Source: Octopus sinensis (Eukaryota). Taken from it: a stretch of 64,000 nt of DNA. The stretch spans positions 67,084,001 to 67,148,000 of the forward strand of contig NC_042999.1 in assembly GCF_006345805.1 (NCBI RefSeq), given 5' to 3'. The notes below the pieces were generated by a model, which worked only from the letters and a program-made list of their open reading frames with translations, was not told the origin of the DNA and searched no databases. The position numbers and the translations under genes are program-made. This document shows positions 1-11,659 of this stretch, one piece after another; within the stretch, counting starts at the first letter, position 1; the number at the start of each line of letters is the position of its first letter.

Positions 1-218
1 GAAAAAACATTCAGTGCCGTATGAATATGTCCCTCGTTTAAGAAACAGATTGGGTTTATTTACATTTGTGAAAAAAAAAAGACACCCTTCCCCCCTAACC
101 CTAATCCTAACCCTAAAACAGACTGAAATGCAATAGATCGATACTAAGGTCATATTTATGGGTGACAATTTCATATGACACCACTAGAAAAAAACTGCCG
201 TTCAAACCGAAAAGATCC
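1..218. mobile_element. Merlin-like MITE, one end (cut by window edge)
   Basis: Ends in TIR aaactgccgttcaaaccgaaaagatcc; reverse complement of the complete copy at 3992-4398. Confidence 0.7.
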
Positions 219-264
219 AGAAGTTTCACTCTCCACCAGGAATTATAAAGTTTATTAAATATTT

Positions 265-480
265 AAGACAGCGAGCTGGCAGAATCATTAGCACACCGGA
301 TAAAATGCTTAGTGGCAATACTTCCGTCCCTACATTCTGAGTGCTAATTCCGCCGAAGTCGACTTTGCCTTTCATCTCTTCGGAGTCGATAAAATAAGTA
401 TTAGTTGAGTACTAGAGTTGATGCTAATCGACTAGCTCTTGTCACCCAAAATTTTAGGTCTTGTACTGACAGTAGAAATA
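265..480 (+). mobile_element. SINE family A, short tail (representative; others at ~17035-17255, 17275-17485, 49340-49530, 55246-55455 and 60765-60975 on -)
   Basis: Same head and core as the long-tail form but ends aaattt(c/t)agg(c/t)cttgt(g/a)c..., often followed by (ATT)n. Confidence 0.75.
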
Positions 481-610
481 AATACTATAAAAGAAAAACC
501 AGCATTAGTGTTACAACTTCCCATCTCATATTAACAGGAAGAATTAGACGTGGTTTTCTTTTTCATTAAGTTTCTTGATTGGAATAGATTCGTCAATCCG
601 GTTTCAATTC

Positions 611-669
611 TGGGAGACAATTTCATATGACATCACTAAAAAAAACTGCCGTTCAAACCGAAAAGATCC
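611..669. mobile_element. Merlin-like MITE terminal fragment
   Basis: Same TIR end as 1-218. Confidence 0.65.
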
Positions 670-673
670 CAAA

Positions 674-1058
674 TCTTTATATATAAAAGAGAGGTTGTGT
701 GTCTGTCTCCTACGATTTAGATTCCTAACTACTCCCACATTTTGCGGTGCAGTTTAACCAAAACCGGGTATCTTATAGTCGAGCCCTTCTGGGTATTAGC
801 GCGCGTCTACGTTGAGTCTACGATTTAAAAAAAAAATTACCATAAATTTTTCCATTTTAATGCATTTTTTCGCTATTATATAAGGGAAGTAACTCTCTAA
901 AAATGTCTACGATGAGTCAACGATTTTTAAAAAAAAATTACCATCATTTTTTTTCCATTTTTAATGCATTTTTTGTTATTTTTTGGCTATAACTCTCTAA
1001 AAATGCTTATATAGTTATTTCCCTTACAAACTCGAGCAACGCCAGGCGATACTGCTAG
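674..1058 (+). mobile_element. Non-autonomous Helitron, family H1 (short form)
   Basis: A|TC start, subterminal hairpin (c/t)cgagcaacgcc(g/a)gg, CTAG|T end. Confidence 0.8.
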
Positions 1059-2089
1059 TTTCTAATAAAAAAAAAAATTGCTGGGCCATTTTGTTACCTT
1101 TACATCTCTGATGGACTTTAAATATATTTGTCTTTCATAGAACGATAAGTTAGGAATCGGAATAACGAAAACAGTTTATGCTAACAAATAAGAGCTGAGA
1201 AAAACTGGACGGAAACGAAGAGCCTATAAACATCCTGTTGCTAATATCTATCACAGTGGTATTAATCATTAAGGTTAAAGGTGGGGAACTGGTAGAATTG
1301 TTAGCAAATCGGACAAAAACGGCAGTAAGTTCAAATACTGCTAAGGTTAGTTTTACCTTTCACCCGTTTGAAATATTGGAGTCGACAGAATCGAATTCTA
1401 TCCAAAAATCTTTGGCCTTGTGTTACAATTTGAAACAATAAAACATTAATATTTGATAGTTTGTGTTCATGCGTTTACTTATTTTGATTATTTTCCACTA
1501 AGCTGCACTATTTGTTGTTTAACTGAAATTTGTGTTTAATTTTTGGTTCAGTTTTGTTGATTTTATACTCGAGTGGAGCATGAAAATATTCAGTAAACCA
1601 ATTGAAACCGACTGAAAATCTTTGTTCTACGAGGTCACCCGATTTGATTGAAACAACAACCAACTCATCCTCAAATAATACTTTATTGTTTTTGAATATA
1701 GAAAACACAGCATGGATTAGTTGTGACTTGATCGACTTTTTGATAATGCTTTCAGAACCAAGCCTTACCTGTGGTTAAATAACAATATCAGTCAACTAAA
1801 CGAATGTGTGAAGTTCTAAATAGTTACTCGCCGATGTGGTAATAGCAATAAAATCCTCCTTAAATTACGCCTTACCATCTTAAATACGATGTGTCTCAAG
1901 AAAAGACTGTATACCTGTTGACGAAAGCCTTTCCAGGGATGCTCGATCCAGACTAACTTGGGAGTAAACAAGATAGTGATGTAAAAGTAACAAGGACCAG
2001 CCCAATAATCTTGGGCTTATTCATGGCATAGGTAGTGAGATGGCAAAATCGTTAGAATCGGGCAAAATGTCCACGGTATTTAGTTATAA

Positions 2090-2320
2090 GGCGGCGAGCT
2101 GGCAGAATCGTCAGCAAGCCGGGCGAAATGCTTAGCTGTATTTCGTCTGCCGTTACGTTCTGAGTTCAATTTTCGCCGAGGTCGACTTTGCCTTTCATTC
2201 TTTCGGGGTCGATAAATTAAGTACCAGTTACGCACTGGGGTCGATATAATCGACTTAATCCATCTGTCTGTCCTTGTTTGTCTCCTCTGTGTTTAGCCCC
2301 TTGTGGGTAGTAAAGAAATA
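2090..2320 (+). mobile_element. SINE family A, long (Tx1-like) tail, nested in an older SINE
   Basis: Head ggcgagctggcagaatc, B-box-like gagttcaa(a/t)tt, tail gccccttgtgggtagtaaagaaata; TSD ggtatttagttataa (2075-2089 / 2321-2335). Confidence 0.85.
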
Positions 2321-2409
2321 GGTATTTAGTTATAATACTTTATGTTCTGAGCTCAAAATTTCACCGGAGACAACTTTGCATTCGTTCTTTTGGTGTCTTT
2401 CAAATCAAG

Positions 2410-2965
2410 TACTACTTTAAAAACTGACTTCATCTGCCATGACGAAGCTGGAAGTGATATAGAAAAACGGTTCAGCCAGTTTTTTCACAAAGCTCAACCT
2501 GCACAAACCTGGTAACTTCGACCTTCCTGTACGCGTACAAGTGTACCCGTATAGAAAACTACATACAGCCGACATGGAGTGGTGAATCAAGGTTAGGTAC
2601 TCCAGCAAGAATACTTCAAAAGGCTGCTAAGTATTTTGCACAAGACAATCGGCTTTGTCCGATAGCAAGACACCAAATACACTACTAAGAAAGAGCCCCT
2701 CTTTGTTTCAGTTAGGAAGTGAAGCTCTTCTAGTACAGACAGGCAACCTGCTACAACTTATCGTCCAAAATCATTTTACAGGGCACAGTTGAAGGAGGGT
2801 GAAAGCGAGGCAGACAAAGGAGATCCTGGCCTGTTGGCATCAATGGCTGGGTAACCCTGAGGCGAGTGATGGAGGAAAGAGATTAGGAATGATTGCTGAC
2901 TGCCGGAGTATCGACGACTGACAACGCCTCTCACGAGAAAGACGACGACAATGATGATCATGGAG
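2410..2965 (+). mobile_element. Decayed RTE-clade LINE 3' fragment
   Basis: Across frameshifts: SSAMTKLEVI*KN..FFTKL and KIILQGTVEGG*KRGRQRRSW..INGW, then GAC/GAT-rich tail. Confidence 0.75.
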
Positions 2966-3400
2966 GTGATGGTGGTGACAGAAATGACGATCAGGGGTTC
3001 TCAACCATTTTTTTTTATCAGGGGTTCTCAATTATTTTATTTGGGTGAACCCCCATAGCCATTCGATGTTTAGAAACTAGATTTATAGATACTTTTTTCA
3101 AAATTCCTCTTTTATTTTTTACATTGAACTATGTAAAATGTTAGAGAAGGAAACCTAGCTGTTTCTTGCAATACATTCCAATCTAAAGCTAAATATTTTC
3201 AGGGGGCCCCCAAAAAACTATCGTGGATCCATATCTTATATGGACCCTCAGAGGTCATATGGACTCCGGTTGATGATGACGACGACGATGATGAAATACT
3301 GGAATCATTTTAATATTCCTATAAAGCATCCTAAAGGCGGCAAGTCGGCAGAATTCTTAGCACGTTGAACGAAATGCTTAGCAGTATTCTTTTCGGCTCT

Positions 3401-3587
3401 TAGCGGTATTCGTCTGCCGTTACGTTCTGAGTTCAAATTCCGCCGAGGTCGACTTTGCCTTTCATTCTTTCGGGGTTGATAAATTAAGTACCAGTTACGC
3501 ACTGGGGTCGATGAAATCGACTTAATCCCTTTGTCTGTCCTTGTCTGTCCCCTCTATGTTTAGCCCCTTGTGGGCAATAAAGAAATA
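3401..3587 (+). mobile_element. SINE family A long tail, 5' truncated, nested in an older SINE
   Basis: Imperfect 18-nt TSD (3383-3400 / 3588-3605, 14/18). Confidence 0.8.
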
Positions 3588-3991
3588 GGTATTCTTTCTG
3601 GTTCTTTACGCTCTAATTTCGAATCACGCCGCGATCAATTTCGCCTTCCAGCCCTTTCGGGATCGATAAAATAAAGAACCAGTTAAAAACTAGGTTCGAT
3701 GTTATCGATTTGTCCCCCTTCCCTCAAAATTGCTGCTTTGTATCGTGCAACGGACCGGCGTGTCATTATACGCCATGGAAGCCAGATAATCGACCCTATG
3801 AATCCTTAGGGATCAAGAAAAATAAAATGAATAAATAAAGCATCATAGATGTGAATGAAATTAAAATAAAAAAAGAATCGGGTTTATTCTATTTGGACAT
3901 GACGTTACAACATGGCATCACTCTCTCTCTCCCTATCTTCCAGTCGATACTTAGTACACCCGAAGAAAGTCATTGATTTAAAATAACAAGG

Positions 3992-4398
3992 GGATCTTTT
4001 CGGTTTGAACGGCAGTTTTTTCTAGCGGTGTCATATGAAATTGTCATCCATAATTATGACCCTAGTATCGATCTATTGCATTTCAATCTGTTTTAGGGTT
4101 AGGGGGGAAGGGTATCTTTTTTCTTCACAAATGTAAATAAACCCAATCTGTTTCTTAAACGAGGGACATATTCATACGGCACAGAATGTTTTTTTTACCT
4201 CAATAGACGTCAGTGATTGGTTCAAATTGCAGAAATTGAAGAAATAAAACAACAAATATCTTACAAACTATAGAATTTTCTCAATAAAGCCAAGAGAAAA
4301 AGATGTTTTATAAACACATTCTATCAGTATACGAAGTTTAAAATTTTTTAGTTACCTAGAAATTATGTTACAAACTGCCGTTCAAACTGAAAAGATCC
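3992..4398. mobile_element. Complete MITE with 27-bp GG-initiated TIRs and 8-bp TSD (Merlin-like)
   Basis: ggatcttttcggtttgaacggcagttt ... aaactgccgttcaaactgaaaagatcc; flanks taacaagg / taacaggg (7/8). Confidence 0.75.
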
Positions 4399-5123
4399 TA
4401 ACAGGGAATGATGTGTGGAAATTCCCGGTTGAAGACTCCACTTCAGATTACTTCATTTACACGAAGTAGTCCCATTGTGGTTGCTTGACGTACTAGAATA
4501 GCAATCAAATCTTCGTCAAATATCTCATTCGCTTTTAATTTTTAAAAAAGGCGGGACAAGGGTATGCCCTGGATAATGTAGTCCTAGATACATTGACATT
4601 ATATCAAAATGCGATGGACAAGTTTGGAAGAAGTTTGGTTTTAGTTCTATTCTGTCAGAGATGACCTGGGGCAATATAATAGCTTCACTTACACGAACCA
4701 GCTTGAGTTTTAACCCAGTCACTTGGGCTGCTAGAAACAACAGTCAGTTCCTTCAAATCACTCTCATCCCCATGCACGCGCACACTACCACCATCTTAAA
4801 AATGGGAACAGACTTTGTGTCATTATAGACCTGAGTCATGATGGTTATGGTTGAGCTCATAAGGGCTGACCTGGGATTAAAGAGTAACTTCCGATGATTC
4901 AGAGTTAGTCAACAACAGAGATATCAATAATCAAAATAAGTATATTGATTTCCATTGATCGAAGATGTGGCCGAGTTCTGTAGGTAAAAGTTTGTAAAGT
5001 TAAATCGACCTTGATATATTACAAATATTTATTTTATATGTACTGGGGAAATGAAAATTAAAATTTTATTAGTCTTTCTTAGTCATCTATAATAATTCCA
5101 TTCACACTTAAGATGCTTTAGAG

Positions 5124-5711
5124 CAGATGTTCTCAAACTTTTTGGACCACCGCTCCCCTCATGGTCACATAATATTCCCAGCGCCTCCACCCCTATTTTT
5201 ATATATAAATAAATATTTTATATTTTACTAATTTATATATACTATGAACCATTTGATATTTAATATAATATTATATAATTTGCATACAATATTATAATGA
5301 TATAATAAATTCATTAAAAAATGTTCTTTCTCGAGCCATGCCAAGTTCATGAAAGCCGGTTTCCCGGTTTCAGTGGCGTAGAAATTCCCCACCTGGACGG
5401 GACGCCGGTCGTCGCAGGATTACTCATTTTTGTCAGCTGAGTGGACTGGAACAACGTGAAAATGAAGTGTTTTGCTCAAAAATACAACGCATCGCCCGGT
5501 CCAGGAATCGAAACCACAACTTTTACGATCATGAGTTTAACACACTAACCACTAATCCACGCACCTCCACTAATAAATTCATAGCGTCCCCCAATTCACT
5601 GCCTTCTTCCCAACGCCTCCTTTTCTTCTTCTACCCCCGCCCCAACCAGCGCCGACCTGAACCGTCTCAACGCCCAGCGAGGGGCAGCAGCGCCCACCTT
5701 GAGAACCGATC
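5124..5711. mobile_element. hAT-like MITE (contains the SINE at 5315-5570)
   Basis: cagatgttctcaaac ... ttgagaacc termini; TSD not recognisable. Confidence 0.55.
5315..5570 (-). mobile_element. tRNA-headed SINE nested in a hAT-like MITE (related + copy at ~17850-18070)
   Basis: Reverse strand gtggaggtgcgtgg..tagtggttag..gtttcgattcctgg (A/B boxes); TSD taataaattcat (5303-5314 / 5571-5582). Confidence 0.75.
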
Positions 5712-5959
5712 CAGACTTCTACATTTCATCGTCATAACTTACAGATTGGTGTTTCCTCATAACTCTGAAAAATGCATAATTTTTAACGAAAGTTTGCTGA
5801 GATACCTTCTTCAAGGGTCTAAATCACGATTATGTTGGTAACATCGAAAAAAGAAAAAAAATACAAAAAACAGCCTTACCCTTTTGCCTGGCTGAAGCAT
5901 TTTCATAAGTTTGTCCTATTTTTAGTTAGCCGTTGTTTCATAAGTTCTTAGTAATATAA

Positions 5960-6599
5960 TCTATATATATAAAACTGTAGTTGCGTGAGTGTCTGTCCCC
6001 TTCGATTTAGATTCCTAACTACTCCCACATTTTGCGGTGCAGTTTAACCAAATTCGGGTATCTTATAGTCGTGATTCATATCGAGCCCGTCTGAGTATTA
6101 GCGTGCGTCTACGATGAGTCTACGATTTTAAAAATAATTTAACATCATTTTTTATTCCATTTTAATGCATAATTTTTCGGAGTTGGCGGAGTTGGCGTCC
6201 ATGGTCACACCTGCACCTGTTTGCTTTTCCTCCTTCTTCCATCCCTCGTGAAGCTGTGGGGAAGGGAGTGTAAGGAAATCAACGTCGTAATGCGTTGTCA
6301 AGGAGACCAGCGTTCTTTTAGAACAACGACAGAAATGGCTAAGAAAGCGTCTACGATGAGTCTACGATTTAAAAAAAAATTTAGCATCATTTTTTCCATT
6401 TTAATGCATTTTTTCGCTATTATATATGGGAAGTAACTCTCTAAAAATGTCTACGATGAGTCAACGATTTAAAAAAAAAATTACCATAATTTTTTATTCC
6501 ATTTTTAATGCATTTATTTGCTATTTTTTATAACTCTCTAAAAATGCTTATATAGTTATTTCCCTTACAAACCCGAGCAACGCCGGGCGATACTGCTAG
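5960..6599 (+). mobile_element. Non-autonomous Helitron, family H1 (long form)
   Basis: A|TCTATATATAT start; cccgagcaacgccggg hairpin then gatactgCTAG|T; extra internal module. Confidence 0.85.
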
Positions 6600-6683
6600 T
6601 ACCATATAAAGCTTTGCTTTCATTAGTCCCAAGTTACTGTGGTAGTTTTAAACAAGTGGCGGGGTGTATCATTAATGATAATA

Positions 6684-6910
6684 ATAATAATAATGAAATT
6701 ATTGTATACAGTGCTCAGGTGCACCACAACTTGTGAGAAAGTGCATATAAAGTACATGCAGTAGTGTAGAAATGTCTGGGTGTATGGAGGGGAGAAAATC
6801 AAGTGTAGTGTTGGCGAATCTCAGGAAGCATGGAAGTCTTGAAGGAAGCAGTGCTCCGACAACTAACAACCGATGTCGGCAGTTTGTTCCACGCTTCAGC
6901 AACTCTCAGC
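6684..6910 (-). mobile_element. CR1/L2-group LINE 3' fragment
   Basis: LRVAEAWNKLPTSVVSCRSTASFKTSMLPEIRQHYT* then 3'UTR and (ATT)n tail. Confidence 0.7.
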
Positions 6911-7778
6911 AATGGACACCAGGGAAATAGGTCTTGTATATTTCATGTGATACAAAGGACATGCAAAGTTAATGAACTTCTCATCCGTCATGTCCCTCCT
7001 GATTCTCTTTCAAATGCATATTTTTGAATTATAATGAACTGAGACTTTTTCGAGAGTATAGATTACGTTATGTTGATGTTTTGAACATAAATCTGAAGAA
7101 GGAAATGTAGAGAAAATGGATAAGTTATTGGAATTGGTGGTGATTACAAAGCCTGGATGGGAGAACGATCTGAAATTCCTTCAAAAACTTTTGTTTGAAA
7201 CTTTATCAACGTAATTGTAATCTACACCCTCGAAAACTTATCTATGCATGACTTCATTAAAAAAAAAAAAGAAATCAAACGCATTTTTCAGAAAATTATG
7301 AGGAAACTGCTTGTGGGAAGGCATCAATATGAACTTTCCCCAACCCCACCAAAAGGATGACAGGTGGAAAAAACCTCAGCAGGATTTGAACTCAGAATAA
7401 AAAGAAAAGACCCATAATACATAGCTGTTAGTACTTTCCATCGATGTCACCTAAGGAGTTCAAATTTCTTAAACGAGTAAAATGAATGTGGTCCGGGAGT
7501 TTATGGCTGGATAACGAAAGATGTGTGTATGAAATATATCTTAAGCTAGAAATAATAGCATTGACAGAAAAGGAAAAGAAGTCATTTTTCATTTTTTTTT
7601 CTTTTCGGTTTCTTTGCTCAAGCTGTAGATGATGATTTGAGGGTAATTTGACTGCTTTTTGCAGCTTATCGAATGAACCTACTTGATACTCTATTAGGTT
7701 TTAATCTTAGCATATATATAGAATAGTGTCTATTCTATTAATGGTAGGATTAAAACGCGGACAATAGAAGAGATAATA

Positions 7779-8295
7779 TCTATATATATAAAACTGTAGT
7801 TGTGTGAGTGTCTGTCTCCTACGATTTAGATTCCTAACTCCTCCCACATTTTGCGGTGCAGTTTAACCAAATTCGGGTATCTTATAGTCGTGATTAATAT
7901 CGAGCCCGTCTGGCTATTAGCGCGCGTCTACAATGAGTCTACGATTTTAAAAATAATTTAACATCATTTTTTATTCCATTTTAATGCATAATTTTTCGTG
8001 TGTCGATGGCGGCGGTGTTGGCGTCCACGCTCAAACACCTGCACCTGTGTTTGCTTCTCCCCCTTCTTCCCTCCTTCGTGAAGCTGTGGGGAAGGGAGTT
8101 TAAGGAAATCAACGTCGTAATGCGTTGTCAAGGAGACCAGCGTTCTTTTAGAACAACGACTTCATGGCTTGAAGACACCAAAACAGAAATGGCTAAGAAA
8201 GCTCGAATTGGCATCTATAAAGGAAGTAACTCTCTAAAAATGCTTATATAGTTATTTCTCTTACAAACCCGAGCAACGCCGGGCGATACTGCTAG
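7779..8295 (+). mobile_element. Non-autonomous Helitron, family H1 (internally deleted)
   Basis: Same termini as 5960-6599; carries the GC-rich module but lacks the downstream repeat blocks. Confidence 0.85.
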
Positions 8296-9232
8296 TTGTG
8301 TCTAAATTAAACACAAGGAGAGCAACTTTAAAGGAAGTGGTTAGCTTACTAGTACTTTATTTTATCGACACTATGGATGATAGGCAAAGTTTACCTTGGC
8401 GTCTTATTAGGAAAGTGAGGATATATAAAAAATGTTAAGATCTCAAAAAGATCATTTTAAATACTATAAAGAACTGATTTTATTTTTTAATTTAACTTTA
8501 TTTTGATCTTTTCTGGAAAGCCATCTTTGTCGTCACAACTTCCTTCACGTCCACTTTTTATTACAGTAACTGTAAAAGACACCAGACATTCTTTTTTTTA
8601 TTGATCCAGGGAGAGAACTACAATGCAGTTGCCTGACCTGCTAGAAAAAGCAACCAAATTTCCTTCAGATCTCACTCCACCGACTAAAAAAAAAAAAAAA
8701 AATTAAGTGACGAGAAGAACTAGTTTACATTGGCAGTCTGACTTTCGTGGAAATGAAACAATTTCATTGTCTTCGATCAAGGTCAATTGTATTTTGCTTC
8801 GTTTTTCACGAACGGCCCTTACTTTTTGTGCTCGTTTGTTTTTCTTTCTCTTGCCTGCAAAATATAAACAACCATAAATTCTGATACATGGAGAAAATTA
8901 ACAAGACAAGCAATAACAAATATGATTTTTAAAAAAAACTGAAATAATACATTACTTATTTTACGATGGAGTTTCATACTATTTAGAGAAAGTGAAAGTA
9001 AAGCAGACAATCCGTTTGAAAGAAGTGAAAGAAAGTATTTAAATGAATAAAAAAAAATTAAGCTAATGAGAAGTCAAACATTGCTAGAATTAGATAATGT
9101 TGTCCTAGAAACTCTGGGTCTGAAAACAACAAAAAGGTGGGATGGTCACATCTGGAACACAATTTATATGTCTTTAATCATAATAAAAGAAAAAAGACAT
9201 GTTAGATAATGTAGTGCTAGACACACTAAGTC

Positions 9233-9314
<82 letters not shown>

Positions 9315-9383
9315 GAAGTAAACACATAAATGTGAAACAAGGTGGAAAAAAGAGTACTCAAATACCAGTGGTTGAGTAATATG

Positions 9384-9685
<302 letters not shown>

Positions 9686-10224
9686 AAAAAAGTCAAGGTA
9701 GAAAATGCTAAAATAATCTTATAAAAAACATTTCAGTACTGGTTTCGGTCATTGAGACTTTTTCAACAGTAAGTATGGAAAACAATTAAATTTTGGAAAA
9801 ATAAAAGGAAAAGTATTTTAAAAGAATATTTGCATAGTATTCAAATACAAAGGGTATTTTCCTTGTTTCTGCCTATCTCTGTCTCTCTTGCTTACTCCAG
9901 TGGGTTCGAGGTCGTTGTGAATTATGTGTGTGTGTAACGTATATATACATAGGTGTATCACCATCGATTTACAGTCAATGTTGGTTTGTTTACGTCCCCG
10001 TATCTTAGCGATTTGACAGAAAGAAACCGACAGAATAAGTACTAGGCTTTAAAAGAATACTGGGAGCGATTTGCTTGGCTAAGCCTTTCAAGGTAGTGCC
10101 CCAGCATGGCCGCAGTCCGATGACAAAAACAAATAAAAGAAAACAACGATATGGCCACCACTCAAATGCACTGTATCAGGTCGATACGACCAGAGTAGAC
10201 CTGAGCTAACAACGCAAAAAGCGA

Positions 10225-10766
10225 GGCCCATTCTACACAAATGTGCCCCACGCGATTTTGTTTCCTTTCAGAAAATTAGGAATCTTTTGATAAAATTTTT
10301 TTGCAAATACCTTTCATATGGTATAAATTACGATTATATTGTAATTTAATGTGAAGAAAAAATTGGTGAGTTCGTTTACATACATTTTGATACACGTTAT
10401 ATAATTTTTTCAAAGTTTCACGTTACATTTTGTAGCGATGTAACATTTATCACTATGTAAGCGTGCGCGCCCACCAATCTTTTTAAACATTAACTTCCGA
10501 TAAAATCGTGATCGACACCACCTCAAAGCTATTTGTAGAAAATTTTATTAGAAAATATTCATTTTTCGAAAGTTATGAGGAAACAAAGTCGAGTCCTGTG
10601 AATTATCTGAAACTCTTCTCCTCCACCCCGGACAAAACAAATTCCAATATAATCGGAATCTACACCATCTGAAAGGAATTTGTAGAAAATTCCATTAAAA
10701 GAATACAACTTTTGAAAGTTATGAGGACACAAAATTAGTCGGGGGCACATTTGTGTAGGTATGCCC
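10225..10766. mobile_element. MITE with ~50-bp imperfect TIRs, superfamily unassigned
   Basis: ctacacaaatgtgcccc..gattttgtttcct versus aggacacaaaattagtcgggggcacatttgtgtag. Confidence 0.65.
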
Positions 10767-10989
10767 AACGGGGGCCCTCTACGTGGTTATTCAACTTGTT
10801 AAAAGTAACAGCTAAATCTCCTTCCTGTTACACCGTGCATTCGATAATCTCGTCACTGAATATTCTTTTCAAAAAAAAAAAATAAAACAATCGATGGGAT
10901 GGTCACGTTTGGAACGAGGTCTGACAGTTTCATCAGTGTTGAACGGTGTGTTAAACATCAACAGCAGCAGCAGAAGCAGACGCAACAAC

Positions 10990-11330
10990 TCAATAATTGT
11001 GGAAACGTGACGAAGTTTTACGAAACCGGGGAGCGAGACCGGAATGCTCCCCCCTCTCCACCTCTTGAGAGTGAGGCTTTGTTCCGCCGAACACGTAAAG
11101 CACGTGATCAACAGACGGAGTGAGAGTGTGTATTGAAAGAGGTGGAGGCGGAGTGAGTAAGCAAGAAAAAGTGAGGGAAGAGAAGGGGAGGAAAGGGCAT
11201 GTGGAAACTTCAGTTTTCGCCCCGCCACCGTTGAAAGAGGAATCCGAAGTCTCAGAGCTGCTCTAACCAGCACCGAAGCCTCTCATATATCCATCCCATA
11301 ACAGAGAAAAAAAAGGAAAGAAAAACGAAA
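10990..11330 (+). promoter_or_regulatory. Putative LTA4H promoter / 5'UTR region
   Basis: Unique, relatively GC/CpG-rich island just upstream of the ATG with CACGTA (11092) and CACGTG (11101) and a GC-box-like GGAGGCGGAG (11144). Confidence 0.45.
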
Positions 11331-11494
11331 CAAGTCTTTGAGACACCGATGATTGCTTGTTTCATGCCAATATTTGCAGCTTAAGATATACTATTTCATT
11401 CACCTATTCACCCTTCTCTCTCTGATATATATCTACATACAGCGTTATTTATATATAGATATATCCCAAAAGAAGTTAACATAAGGTAACGACC

Positions 11495-11659
11495 ATGAGC
11501 GATCTTGATAGCCCTACCGACCCACATTCTTTCAGTCGTCCTGACCAATGCCGTTTAATATCTTTGGACCTTGTTTGGGATATCGATTTTGTCAAAAAAG
11601 TTATCAATGGCACCGCTTACATTGATTTAGAAAAAAACTCGGCTTCCATTACGACAGCG
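11495..11659 (+). CDS. LTA4H: LTA4H-like (leukotriene A4 hydrolase / M1 aminopeptidase) coding exon 1
   Basis: ATG in gaccATGa context; MSDLDSPTDPHSFSRPDQCRLISLDLVWDIDFVKKVINGTAYIDLEKNSASITTA resembles the LTA4H N-terminus (DP-S-S...L-W-(I/V)DF-KK-I-G); ends at consensus donor GTGAGT (11660), phase 0. Confidence 0.88.

Noticed and set aside
2782-2856. Apparent terminal exon ttttacag|G GCA CAG...GGG TAA (AQLKEGESEADKGDPGLLASMAG*)
   Set aside because: Another frame reads KIILQGTVEGG*KRGRQRRSW, a classic RTE LINE C-terminus.
6912-7320. Faint mariner-like peptides (MDTREIGLVYF, GNVEKMDK)
   Set aside because: Too decayed; no DD(34)D motif or TIRs identified.
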